In this document: positions 42,201 through 57,200 of the stretch, in pieces
Layout of the letters: each line of letters starts with the position of its first letter
Position numbering within the stretch: the first letter of the stretch is position 1
DNA from: Eledone cirrhosa
Lineage: Eukaryota
Direction of reading: 5' to 3'
NCBI GenBank assembly: GCA_964016885.1
Contig: CAXHJY010000530.1
Span: 4,422 to 68,421, forward strand
Length of the DNA stretch: 64,000 nucleotides
Translations under genes and position numbers: made by a program
The notes under the pieces: generated by a model
Seen by the model: only the letters and a program-made list of their open reading frames with translations
Databases searched by the model: none
Told to the model about the DNA's origin: nothing

Positions 42201-45200
42201 AACAACTGGGAAGACTGGAACAGGTAGAAGATACTAACAACTGGGAAGACTGGAACAGGTAGATGATACCAACAACTGGGTAGACTGGAACGGGTAGATG
42301 ATACTAACAACTGGGAAGACTGAAACAGGTAGATGATAATAACAACTGGGAAGACTGAAACAGGTAAATGATACTAACAACTGGGAAGACTGGAACAGGT
42401 AGATGATACTAACAACTGGGAAGACTGGAACAGGTTGATGATACTAACAACTGGGAAGACTGGAACAGGTAGATGATACCAATAACTGGGAAGACTGGAA
42501 CAGGTAGATGATACTAACAACTGGGAAGACTGGAACAGGTAGATGATACCAACAACTGGGAAGACTGGAACAGGTAGATGATACTAACAACTGGGAAGAC
42601 TGGAACAGGTAGATGATACTAACAACTGGGAAGACTGGAACAGGTAGATGATACCAACAATTGGGAAGACTGGAACAGGTAGATGATACTAACAACTGGG
42701 AAGACTGGAACAGGTAGATGATACCAACAACTGGGAAGACTGGAACAGGTAGATGATACCAACAACTGGGAAGACTGGAACAGGTAGATGATACTAACAA
42801 CTGGGAAGACTGGAACAGGTAGATGATACCAACAACTGGGAAGACTGGAACAGGTAGATGATACCAACAACTGGGAAGACTGGAACAGGTAGATGATACC
42901 AACAACTGGGAAGACTGGAACAGGTAGATGATACCAACAACTGGGAAGACTGGAACAGGTAGATGATACCAACAACTGGGAAGACTGGAACAGGTAGATG
43001 ATACCAACAACTGGGAAGACTGGAACAGGTAGATGATACTAACAACTGGGAAGACTGGAACAGGTAGATGATACCAACAACTGGGAAGACTGGAACAGGT
43101 AGATGATACCAACAACTGGGAAGACTGGAACAGGTAGATGATACCAACAACTGGGAAGACTGGAACAGGTAGATGATACCAACAACTGGGAAGACTGGAA
43201 CAGGTAGATGATACCAACAACTGGGAAGACTGGAACAGGTAGATGATACTAACAACTGGGAAGACTGGAACAGGTAGATGATACCAACAACTGGGAAGAC
43301 TGGAACAGGTAGATGATACCAACAACTGGGAAGACGGGAACAGGTAGATGATACCAATAACTGGGAAGACTGGAACAGGTAGATGATACCAATAACTGGG
43401 AAGACTGGAACAGGTAGATGATACTAACAACTGGGAAGACTGGAACAGGCAGATGATGCTAAAAACTGGGAAGACTGGAACAGGTAGAAGATACTAACAA
43501 CTGGGAAGACTGGAACAGGTAGATGATACCAACAACTTGGTAGACTGGAACAGGTAGATGATACTAACAACTGGGAAGACTGAAACAGGTAGATGATAAT
43601 AACAACTGGGAAGACTGAAACAGGTAAATGATACTAACAACTGGGAAGACTGGAACAGGTAGATGATACTAACAACTGGGAAGACTGGAACAGGTAGATG
43701 ATTCTAACAACTGGGAAGACTGGAACAGGTAGATGATACCAATAACTTGGTAGACTGGAACAGGTAGATGATACTAACAACTGGGAAGACTGGAACAGGT
43801 AGATGATAACAACAACTGGGAAGACTGGAACAGGTAGATGATACTAACAACTGGGAAGACTGGAACAGGTAGATGATACCAACAACTGGGAAGACTGGAA
43901 CAGGTAAATGATACTAACAACTGGGAAGACTGGAACAGGTAGAAGATACCAACAACTGGGAAGACTGGAACAGGTAGATGATACTAACAACTGGGAAGAC
44001 TGGAACAGGTAGATGATACTAACAACTGGGAAGACTGGAAGAGGTAGATGATACCAACAACTGGGAAGACTGGAACAGGTAGATGATACCAACAACTGGG
44101 AAGACTAGAACAGGTAGATGATACTAACAACTGGGAAGACTGGAACAGGTAGAAGATACCAACAACTGGGAAGACTGGAACAGGTAGATGATACTAACAA
44201 CTGGGAAGACTGGAACAGGTAGATGATACTAACAATTGGGAAGACTGGAACAGGTAGATGATACTAACAACTGGGAAGACTGGAACAGGTAGATGATACC
44301 AACAACTGGGAAGACTGGAACAGGTAGATGATACCAACAACTGGGAAGACTGGAACAGGTAGATGATACCAACAACTGGGAAGACTGGAACAGGTAGATG
44401 ATACCAACAACTGGGAAGACTGGAACAGGTAGATGATACCAATAACTGGGAAGACTGGAACAGGTAGATGATACTAACAACTGGGAAGACTGGAACAGGC
44501 AGATGATACTAACAACTGGGAAGACTGGAACAGGTAGAAGATACTAACAACTGGGAAGACTGGAACAGGTAGATGATACTAACAACTGGGAAGACTGAAA
44601 CAGGTAGATGATACCAACCACTGGGAAGACTGGAACAGGTAGATGATACCAACAACTGGGAAGACTGGAACAGGTAGATGATACTAACAACTGGGAAGAC
44701 TGGAACAGGTAGATGATACTAACAACTGGGAAGACTGGAACAGGTAGATGATACCAACAACTGGGAAGGCTGAAACAGGTAGATGATAATAACAACTGGG
44801 AAGACTGAAACAGGTAAATGATACTAACAACTGGGAAGACTGGAACAGGTAGATGATACTAACAACTGGGAAGACTGGAACAGGTAGATGATACTAACAA
44901 CTGGGAAGACTGGAACAGGTAGATGATACTAACAACTGGGAAGACTGGAACAGGTAGATGATACCAATAACTGGGTAGACTGGAACAGGTAGATGATACT
45001 AACAACTGGGAAGACTGGAACAGGTAGATGATAACAACAACTGGGAAGACTGGAACAGGTAGATGATACTAACAACTGGGAAGACTGGAACAGGTAGATG
45101 ATACCAACAACTGGGAAGACTGGAACAGGTAGATGATACTAACAACTGGGAAGACTGGAACAGGTAGAAGATACCAACAACTGGGAAGACTGGAACAGGT

Positions 45201-48200
45201 AGATGATACCAACAACTGGGAAGACTGGAACAGATAGATGATACTAACAACTGGGAAGACTGGAACAGGTAGAAGATACCAACAACTGGGAAGACTGGAA
45301 CAGGTAGATGATACTAATAACTGGGAAGACTGGAACAGGTAGATGATACCAACAACTGGGAAGACTGGAACAGGTAGATCATACTAACAACTGGGAAGAC
45401 TGGAACAGGTAGATGATACCAACAACTGGGAAGACTGGAACAGGTAGATGATACCAACAACTGGGAAGACTGGAACAGGTAGATGATACCAACAACTGGG
45501 AAGACTGGAACAGGTAGATGATACCAACAACTGGGAAGACTGGAACAGGTAGATGATACCAACAACTGGGAAGACTGGAACAGGTAGATGATACTAACAA
45601 CTGGGAAGACTGGAACAGGTAGATGATACCAACAACTGGGAAGACTGGAACAGGTAGATAATACCAACAACTGGGAAGACTGGAACAGGTAGATGATACC
45701 AACAACTGGGAAGACTGGAACAGGTAGATGATACCAACAACTGGGAAGACTGGAACAGGTAGATGATACCAACAACTGGGAAGACTGGAACAGGTAGATG
45801 ATACCAACAACTGGGAAGACTGGAACAGGTAGATGATACCAACAACTGGGAAGACTGGAACAGGTAGATGATACTAACAACTGGGAAGACTGGAACAGGT
45901 AGATGATACCAACAACTGGGAAGACTGGAACAGGTAGATAATACCAACAACTGGGAAGACTGGAACAGGTAGATAATACCAACAACTGGGAAGACTGGAA
46001 CAGGTAGATGATACCAACAACTGGGAAGACTGGAACAGGTAGATGATACCAACAACTGGGAAGACTGGAACAGGTAGATGATACCAACAACTGGGAAGAC
46101 TGGAACAGGTAGATGATACCAACAACTGGGAAGACTGGAACAGGTAGATGATACCAACAACTGGGAAGACTGGAACAGGTAGATGATACTAACAACTTGG
46201 AAGACTGGAACAGGTAGATGATACCAACAACTGGGAAGACTGGAACAGGTAGATGATACCAACAACTGGGAAGACGGGAACAGGTAGATGATACCAACAA
46301 CTGGGAAGACTGGAACAGGTAGATGATACCAATAACTGGGAAGACTGGAACAGGTAGATGATACTAACAACTGGGAAGACTGGAACAGGCAGATGATGCT
46401 AAAAACTGGGAAGACTGGAACAGGTAGAAGATACTAACAACTGGGAAGACTGGAACAGGTAGATGATACCAACAACTGGGTAGACTGGAACAGGTAGATG
46501 ATACTAACAACTGGGAAGACTGAAACAGGTAGATGATAATAACAACTGGGAAGACTGAAACAGGTAAATGATACTAACAACTGGGAAGACTGGAACAGGT
46601 AGATGATACTAACAACTGGGAAGACTGGAACAGGTAGATGATACTAACAACTGGGAAGACTGGAACAGGTAGATGATAACAATAACTGGGTAGACTGTAA
46701 CAGGTAGATGATACTAACAACTGGGAAGACTGGAACAGGTAGATGATAACAACAACTGGGAAGACTGGAACAGGTAGATGATACTAACAACTGGGAAGAC
46801 TGGAACAGGTAGATGATACCAACAACTGGGAAGACTGGAACAGGTAAATGATACTAACAACTGGGAAGACTGGAACAGGTAGAAGATACCAACAACTGGG
46901 AAGACTGGAACAGGTAGATGATACTAACAACTGGGAAGACTGGAACAGGTAGATGATACTAACAACTGGGAAGACTGGAAGAGGTAGATGATACCAACAA
47001 CTGGGAAGACTGGAACAGGTAGATGATACCAACAACTGGGAAGACTAGAACAGGTAGATGATACTAACAACTGGGAAGACTGGAACAGGTAGAAGATACC
47101 AACAACTGGGAAGACTGGAACAGGTAGATGATACTAACAACTGGGAAGACTGGAACAGGTAGATGATACTAACAATTGGGAAGACTGGAACAGGTAGATG
47201 ATACTAACAACTGGGAAGACTGGAACAGGGAGATGATACCAACAACTGGGAAGACTGGAACAGGTAGATGATACCAACAACTGGGAAGACTGGAACAGGT
47301 AGATGATACCAACAACTGGGAAGACTGGAACAGGTAGATGATACCAACAACTGGGAAGACTGGAACAGGTAGATGATACCAATAACTGGGAAGACTGGAA
47401 CAGGTAGATGATACTAACAACTGGGAAGACTGGAACAGGCAGATGATACTAACAACTGGGAAGACTGGAACAGGTAGAAGATACTAACAACTGGGAAGAC
47501 TGGAACAGGTAGATGATACTAACAACTGGGAAGACTGAAACAGGTAGATGATACTAACAACTGGGAAGACTGGAACAGGTAGATGATACCAACAACTGGG
47601 AAGACTGGAACAGGTAGATGATACCAACAACTGGGAAGACTGGAACAGGTAGATGATACCAACAACTGGGAAGGCTGAAACAGGTAGATGATAATAACAA
47701 CTGGGAAGACTGAAACAGGTAAATGATACTAACAACTGGGAAGACTGGAACAGGTAGATGATACTAACAACTGGGAAGACTGGAACAGGTAGATGATACT
47801 AACAACTGGGAAGACTGGAACAGGTAGATGATACCAATAACTGGGTAGACTGGAACAGGTAGATGATACTAACAACTGGGAAGACTGGAACAGGTAGATG
47901 ATAACAACAACTGGGAAGACTGGAACAGGTAGATGATACTAACAACTGGGAAGACTGGAACAGGTAGATGATACCAACAACTGGGAAGACTGGAACAGGT
48001 AGATGATACTAACAACTGGGAAGACTGGAACAGGTAGAAGATACAAACAAATGGGAAGACTGGAACAGGTAGATGATACCAACAACTGGGAAGACTGGAA
48101 CAGATAGATGATACTAACAACTGGGAAGACTGGAACAGGTAGAAGATACCAACAACTGGGAAGACTGGAACAGGTAGATGATACTAATAACTGGGAAGAC

Positions 48201-51200
48201 TGGAACAGGTAGATGATACCAACAACTGGGAAGACTGGAACAGGTAGATCATACTAACAACTGGGAAGACTGGAACAGGTAGATGATACCAACAACTGGG
48301 AAGACTGGAACAGGTAGATGATACCAACAACTGGGAAGACTGGAACAGGTAGATGATACCAACAACTGGGAAGACTGGAACAGGTAGATGATACCAACAA
48401 CTGGGAAGACTGGAACAGGTAGATGATACCAACAACTGGGAAGACTGGAACAGGTAGATGATACTAACAACTGGGAAGAATGGAACAGGTAGATGATACC
48501 AACAACTGGGAAGACTGGAACAGGTAGATAATACCAACAACTGGGAAGACTGGAACAGGTAGATGATACCAACAACTGGGAAGACTGGAACAGGTAGATG
48601 ATACCAATAACTGTGAAGACTGGAACAGGTAGATGATACTAACAACTGGGAAGACTGGAACAGGCAGATGATACTAACAACTGGGAAGTCTGGAACAGGT
48701 AGAAGATACTAACAACTGGGAAGACTGGAACAGGTAGATGATACCAACAACTGGGTAGACTGGAACAGGTAGATGATACTAACAACTGGGAAGACTGAAA
48801 CAGGTAGATGATACTAACAACTGGGAAGACAGAAACAGGTAAATGATACTAACAACTGGGAAGACTGGAACAGGTAGATGATACTAACAACTGGGAAGAC
48901 TGGAACAGGTAGATGATACCAACAACTGGGAAGACTGGAACAGGTAGATGATACTAACAACTGGGAAGACTGGAACAGGTAGATGATACCAACAACTGGG
49001 AAGACTGGAACAGGTAGATGATACTAACAACTGGGAAGACTGGAACAGGTAGATGATACCAACAACTGGGAAGACTGGAACAGGTAGATGATACCAACAA
49101 CTGGGAAGACTGGAACAGGTAGATGATACTAACAACTGGGAAGACTGGAACAGGTAGATGATACCAACAACTGGGAAGACTGGAACAGGTTGAAGATACC
49201 AACAACTGGGAAGACTGGAACAGGTAGATGATACCAACAACTGGGAAGACTGAAACAGGTAGATGATAATAACAACTGGGAAGACTGGAACAGGTAGATG
49301 ATACTAACAACTGGGAAGACTGGAACAGGTAGATGATACTAACAACTGGGAAGACAGGAACAGGTAGATGATACCAACAACTGGGAAGACTAGAACAGGT
49401 AGATGATACCAACAACTGGGAAGACTGGAACAGGTAGATGATACCAATAACTGGGAAGACTGGAACAGGTAGATGATACTAACAACTGGGAAGACTGGAA
49501 CAGGCAGATGATACTAACAACTGGGAAGACTGGAACAGGTAGAAGATACTAACAACTGGGAAGACTGGAACAGGTAGATGATACCAACAACTGGGTAGAC
49601 TGGAACAGGTAGATGATACTAACAACTGGGAAGACTGAAACAGGTAGATGATACTAACAACTGGGAAGACTGAAACAGGTAAATGATACTAACAACTGGG
49701 AAGACTGGAACAGGTAGATGATACTAACAACTGGGAAGACTGGAACAGGTAGATGATACCAACAACTGGGAAGACTGGAACAGGTAGATGATACTAACAA
49801 CTGGGAAGACTGGAACAGGTAGATGATACTAACAACTGGGAAGACTGGAACAGGTAGATGATACCAACAACTGGGAAGACTGGAACAGGTAGATGATACT
49901 AACAACTGGGAAGACTGGAACAGGTAGATGATACCAACAACTGGGAAGACTGGAACAGGTAGATGATACCAACAACTGGGAAGACTGGAACAGGTAGATG
50001 ATACTAACAACTGGGAAGACTGGAACAGGTAGATGATACCAACAACTGGGAAGACTGGAACAGGTAGATGATACCAACAACTGGGAAGACTGGAACAGGT
50101 AGATGATACCAACAACTGGGAAGACTGAAACAGGTAGATGATAATAACAACTGGGAAGACTGAAACAGGTAAATGATACTAACAACTGGGAAGACTGGAA
50201 CAGGTAGATGATACTAACAACTGGGAAGACTGAAACAGGTAGATGATACTAACAACTGGGAAGACTGGAACAGGTAGATGATACCAATAACTGGGTAGAC
50301 TGGAACAGGTAGATGATACTAACAACTGGGAAGACTGGAACAGGTAGATGATAACAACAACTGGGAAGACTGAAACAGGTAGATGATACTAACAACTGGG
50401 AAGACTGGAACAGGTAGATGATACCAACAACTGGGAAGACTGGAACAGGTAGATGACACCAACAACTGGGAAGACTGGAACAGGTAGATGATACTAACAA
50501 CTGGGAAGACTGGAACAGGTAGATGATACTAACAACTGGGAAGACTGGAACAGGTAGAAGATACCAACAACTGGGAAGACTGGAACAGGTAGATGATACT
50601 AACAACTGGGAAGACTGGAACAGGTAGATGATACTAACAACTGGGAAGACTGGAACAGGTAGATGATACCAACAACTGGGAAGACTGGAACAGGTAGATG
50701 ATACCAACAACTGGGAAGACTGGAACAGGTAGATGATACCAACAACTGGGAAGACTAGAACAGGTAGATGATACTAACAACTGGGAAGACTGGAACAGGT
50801 AGAAGATACCAAAAACTGGGAAGACTGGAACAGGTAGATGATACCAACAACTGGGATGACTGGAACAGGTAGATGATACTAACAACTGGGAAGACTGGAA
50901 CAGGTAGATGATACTAACAACTGGGAAGACTGGAACAGGTAGATGATACTAACAACTGGGAAGACTGGAACAGGTAGATGATACCAACAACTGGGAAGAC
51001 TGGAACATGTAGATGATACCAACAACTGGGAAGACTGGAACAGGTAGATGATACTAACAACTGGGAAGACTGGAACAGGTAGAAGATACCAACAACTGGG
51101 AAGACTGGAACAGGTAGATGATACCAACAACTGGGAAGACTGGAACAGGTAGATGATACCAACAACTGGGAAGACTGGAACAGGTAGATGATACCAACAA

Positions 51201-54200
51201 CTGGGAAGACTGGAACAGGTAGATGATACCAGCAACTGGGAAGACTAGAACAGGTAGATGATACTAACAACTGGGAAGACTGGAACAGGTAGAAGATACC
51301 AAAAACTGGGAAGACTGGAACAGGTAGATGATACCAACAACTGGGAAGACTGGAACAGGTAGATGATACTAACAACTGGGAAGACTGGAACAGCTAGATG
51401 ATACTAACAACTGGGAAGACTGGAACAGGTAGAAGATACCAAAAACTGGGAAGACTGGAACAGGTAGATGATACCAACAACTGGGAAGACTGGAACAGGT
51501 AGATTATACTAACAACTGGGAAGACTGGAACAGGTAGATGATACTAACAACTGGGAAGACTGGAACAGGTAGATGATACTAACAACTGGGAAGACTGAAA
51601 CAGGTAGATGATACTAACAACTGGGAAGACTGAAACAGGTAGATGATACCAACAACTGGGAAGACTGGAACAGGTAGATGATACCAACAACTGGGAAGAC
51701 TGGAACAGGTAGATGATACCAACAACTGGGAAGGCTGAAACAGGTAGATGATAATAACAACTGGGAAGACTGAAACAGGTAAATGATACTAACAACTGGG
51801 AAGACTGGAACAGGTAGATGATACTAACAACTGGGAAGACTGGAACAGGTAGATGATACTAACAACTGGGAAGACTGGAACAGGTAGATGATACCAATAA
51901 CTGGGTAGACTGGAACAGGTAGATGATACTAACAACTGGGAAGACTGGAACAGGTAGATGATAACAACAACTGGGAAGACTGGAACAGGTAGATGATACT
52001 AACAACTGGGAAGACTGGAACAGGTAGATGATACCAACAACTGGGAAGACTGGAACAGGTAGATGATACTAACAACTGGGAAGACTGGAACAGGTAGAAG
52101 ATACCAACAACTGGGAAGACTGGAACAGGTAGATGATACCAACAACTGGGAAGACTGGAACAGATAGATGATACTAACAACTGGGAAGACTGGAACAGGT
52201 AGAAGATACCAACAACTGGGAAGACTGGAACAGGTAGATGATACTAATAACTGGGAAGACTGGAACAGGTAGATGATACCAACAACTGGGAAGACTGCAA
52301 CAGGTAGATCATACTAACAACTGGGAAGACTGGAACAGGTAGATGATACCAACAACTGGGAAGACTGGAACAGGTAGATGATACCAACAACTGGGAAGAC
52401 TGGAACAGGTAGATGATACCAACAACTGGGAAGACTGGAACAGGTAGATGATACTAACAACTGGGAAGACTGGAACAGGTAGATGATACCAACAACTGGG
52501 AAGACTGGAACAGGTAGATAATACCAACAACTGGGAAGACTGGAACAGGTAGATGATACCAACAACTGGGAAGACTGGAACAGGTAGATGATACCAATAA
52601 CTGGGAAGACTGGAACAGGTAGATGATACTAACAACTGGGAAGACTGGAACAGGCAGATGATACTAACAACTGGGAAGTCTGGAACAGGTAGAAGATACT
52701 AACAACTGGGAAGACTGAAACAGGTAGATGATACTAACAACTGGGAAGACTGAAACAGGTAAATGATACTAACAACTGGGAAGACTGGAACAGGTAGATG
52801 ATACTAACAACTGGGAAGACTGGAACAGGTAGATGATACCAACAACTGGGAAGACTGGAACAGGTAGATGATACTAACAACTGGGAAGACTGGAACAGGT
52901 AGATGATACCAACAACTGGGAAGACTGGAACAGGTAGATGATACTAACAACTGGGAAGACTGGAACAGGTAGATGATACCAACAACTGGGAAGACTGGAA
53001 CAGGTAGATGATACCAACAACTGGGAAGACTGGAACAGGTAGATGATACTAACAACTGGGAAGACTGGAACAGGTAGATGATACCAACAACTGGGAAGAC
53101 TGGAACAGGTAGATGATACCAACAACTGGGAAGACTGGAACAGGTAGATGATACCAGCAACTGGGAAGACTGAAACAGGTAGATGATAATAACAACTGGG
53201 AAGACTGAAACAGGTAAATGATACAAACAACTGGGAAGACTGGAACAGGTAGATGATACTAACAACTGGGAAGACTGGAACAGGTAGATGATACTAACAA
53301 CTGGGAAGACAGGAACAGGTAGATGATACCAACAACTGGGAAGACTAGAACAGGTAGATGATACCAACAACTGGGAAGACTGGAACAGGTAGATGATACC
53401 AATAACTGGGAAGACTGGAACAGGTAGATGATACTAACAACTGGGAAGACTGGAACAGGCAGATGATACTAACAACTGGGAAGACTGGAACAGGTAGAAG
53501 ATACTAACAACTGGGAAGACTGGAACAGGTAGATGATACCAACAACTGGGTCGACTGGAACAGGTAGATGATACTAACAACTGGGAAGACTGAAACAGGT
53601 AGATGATACTAACAACTGGGAAGACTGTAACAGGTAAATGATACTAACAACTGGGAAGACTGGAACAGGTAGATGATACTAACAACTGGGAAGACTGGAA
53701 CAGGTAGATGATACCAACAACTGGGAAGACTGGAACAGGTAGATGATACTAACAACTGGGAAGACTGGAACAGGTAGATGATACCAACAACTGGGAAGAC
53801 TGGAACAGGTAGATGATACTAACAACTGGGAAGACTGGAACAGGTAGATGATACCAACAACTGGGAAGACTGGAACAGGTAGATGATACCAACAACTGGG
53901 AAGACTGGAACAGGTAGATGATACTAACAACTGGGAAGACTGGAACAGGTAGATGATACCAACAACTGGGAAGACTGGAACAGGTAGATGATACCAACAA
54001 CTGGGAAGACTGGAACAGGTAGATGATACCAACAACTGGGAAGACTGAAACAGGTAGATGATAATAACAACTGGGAAGACTGAAACAGGTAAATGATACT
54101 AACAACTGGGAAGACTGGAACAGGTAGATGATACTAACAACTGGGAAGACTGAAACAGGTAGATGATACTAACAACTGGGAAGACTGGAACAGGTAGATG

Positions 54201-57200
54201 ATACTAACAACTGGGAAGACTGAAACAGGTAAATGATACTAACAACTGGGAAGACTGGAACAGGTAGATGATACTAACAACTGGGAAGACTGGAACAGGT
54301 AGATGATACCAACAACTGGGAAGACTGGAACAGGTAGATGATACTAACAACTGGGAAGACTGGAACAGGTAGATGATACCAACAACTGGGAAGACTGGAA
54401 CAGGTAGATGATACTAACAACTGGGAAGACTGGAACAGGTAGATGATACCAACAACTGGGAAGACTGGAACAGGTAGATGATACCAACAACTGGGAAGAC
54501 TGGAACAGGTAGATGATACTAACAACTGGGAAGACTGGAACAGGTAGATGATACCAACAACTGGGAAGACTGGAACAGGTAGATGATACCAACAACTGGG
54601 AAGACTGGAACAGGTAGATGATACCAGCAACTGGGAAGACTGAAACAGGTAGATGATAATAACAACTGGGAAGACTGAAACAGGTAAATGATACAAACAA
54701 CTGGGAAGACTGGAACAGGTAGATGATACTAACAACTGGGAAGACTGGAACAGGTAGATGATACTAACAACTGGGAAGACAGGAACAGGTAGATGATACC
54801 AACAACTGGGAAGACTAGAACAGGTAGATGATACCAACAACTGGGAAGACTGGAACAGGTAGATGATACCAATAACTGGGAAGACTGGAACAGGTAGATG
54901 ATACTAACAACTGGGAAGACTGGAACAGGCAGATGATACTAACAACTGGGAAGACTGGAACAGGTAGAAGATACTAACAACTGGGAAGACTGGAACAGGT
55001 AGATGATACCAACAACTGGGTAGACTGGAACAGGTAGATGATACTAACAACTGGGAAGACTGAAACAGGTAGATGATACTAACAACTGGGAAGACTGAAA
55101 CAGGTAAATGATACTAACAACTGGGAAGACTGGAACAGGTAGATGATACTAACAACTGGGAAGACTGGAACAGGTAGATGATACCAACAACTGGGAAGAC
55201 TGGAACAGGTAGATGATACTAACAACTGGGAAGACTGGAACAGGTAGATGATACCAACAACTGGGAAGACTGGAACAGGTAGATGATACTAACAACTGGG
55301 AAGACTGGAACAGGTAGATGATACCAACAACTGGGAAGACTGGAACAGGTAGATGATACCAACAACTGGGAAGACTGGAACAGGTAGATGATACTAACAA
55401 CTGGGAAGACTGGAACAGGTAGATGATACCAACAACTGGGAAGACTGGAACAGGTAGATGATACCAACAACTGGGAAGACTGGAACAGGTAGATGATACC
55501 AACAACTGGGAAGACTGAAACAGGTAGATGATAATAACAACTGGGAAGACTGAAACAGGTAAATGATACTAACAACTGGGAAGACTGGAACAGGTAGATG
55601 ATACTAACAACTGGGAAGACTGAAACAGGTAGATGATACTAACAACTGGGAAGACTGGAACAGGTAGATGATACCAATAACTGGGTAGACTGGAACAGGT
55701 AGATGATACTAACAACTGGGAAGACTGGAACAGGTAGATGATAACAACAACTGGGAAGACTGAAACAGGTAGATGATACTAACAACTGGGAAGACTGGAA
55801 CAGGTAGATGATACCAACAACTGGGAAGACTGGAACAGGTAGATGACACCAACAACTGGGAAGACTGGAACAGGTAGATGATACTAACAACTGGGAAGAA
55901 TGGAACAGGTAGATGATACTAACAACTGGGAAGACTGGAACAGGTAGAGGATACCAACAACTGGGAAGACTGGAACAGGTAGATGATACTAACAACTGGG
56001 AAGACTGGAACAGGTAGATGATACTAACAACTGGGAAGACTGGAACAGGTAGATGATACCAACAACTGGGAAGACTGGAACAGGTAGATGATACCAACAA
56101 CTGGGAAGACTGGAACAGGTAGATGATACCAACAACTGGGAAGACTAGAACAGGTAGATGATACTAACAACTGGGAAGACTGGAACAGGTAGAAGATACC
56201 AAAAACTGGGAAGACTGGAACAGGTAGATGATACCAACAACTGGGAAGACTGGAACAGGTAGATGATACTAACAACTGGGAAGACTGGAACAGGTAGATG
56301 ATACTAACAACTGGGAAGACTGGAACAGGTAGATGATACTAACAACTGGGAAGACTGGAACAGGTAGATGATACCAACAACTGGGAAGACTGGAACATGT
56401 AGATGATACCAACAACTGGGAAGACTGGAACAGGTAGATGATACTAACAACTGGGAAGACTGGAACAGGTAGAAGATACCAACAACTGGGAAGACTGGAA
56501 CAGGTAGATGATACCAACAACTGGGAAGACTGGAACAGGTAGATGATACCAACAACTGGGAAGACTGGAACAGGTAGATGATACCAACAACTGGGAAGAC
56601 TGAAACAGGTAGATGATACCAACAACTGGGAAGACTAGAACAGGTAGATGATACTAACAACTGGGAAGACTGGAACAGGTAGAAGATACCAAAAACTGGG
56701 AAGACTGGAACAGGTAGATGATACCAACAACTGGGAAGACTGGAACAGGTAGATGATACTAACAACTGGGAAGACTGGAACAGGTAGATGATACTAACAA
56801 CTGGGAAGACTGGAACAGGTAGAAGATACCAAAAACTGGGAAGACTGGAACAGGTAGATGATACCAACAACTGGGAAGACTGGAACAGGTAGATTATACT
56901 AACAACTGGGAAGACTGGAACAGGTAGATGATACTAACAACTGGGAAGACTGGAACAGGTAGATGATACTAACAACTGGGAAGACTGGAACAGGTAGATG
57001 ATACCAACAACTGGGAAGACTGGAACATGTAGATGATACCAACAACTGGGAAGACTGGAACAGGTAGATGATACTAACAACTGGGAAGACTGGAACAGGT
57101 AGAAGATACCAACAACTGGGAAGACTGGAACAGGTAGATGATACTAACAACTGGGAAGACTGGAACAGGTAGATGATACCAACAACTGGGTAGACTGGAA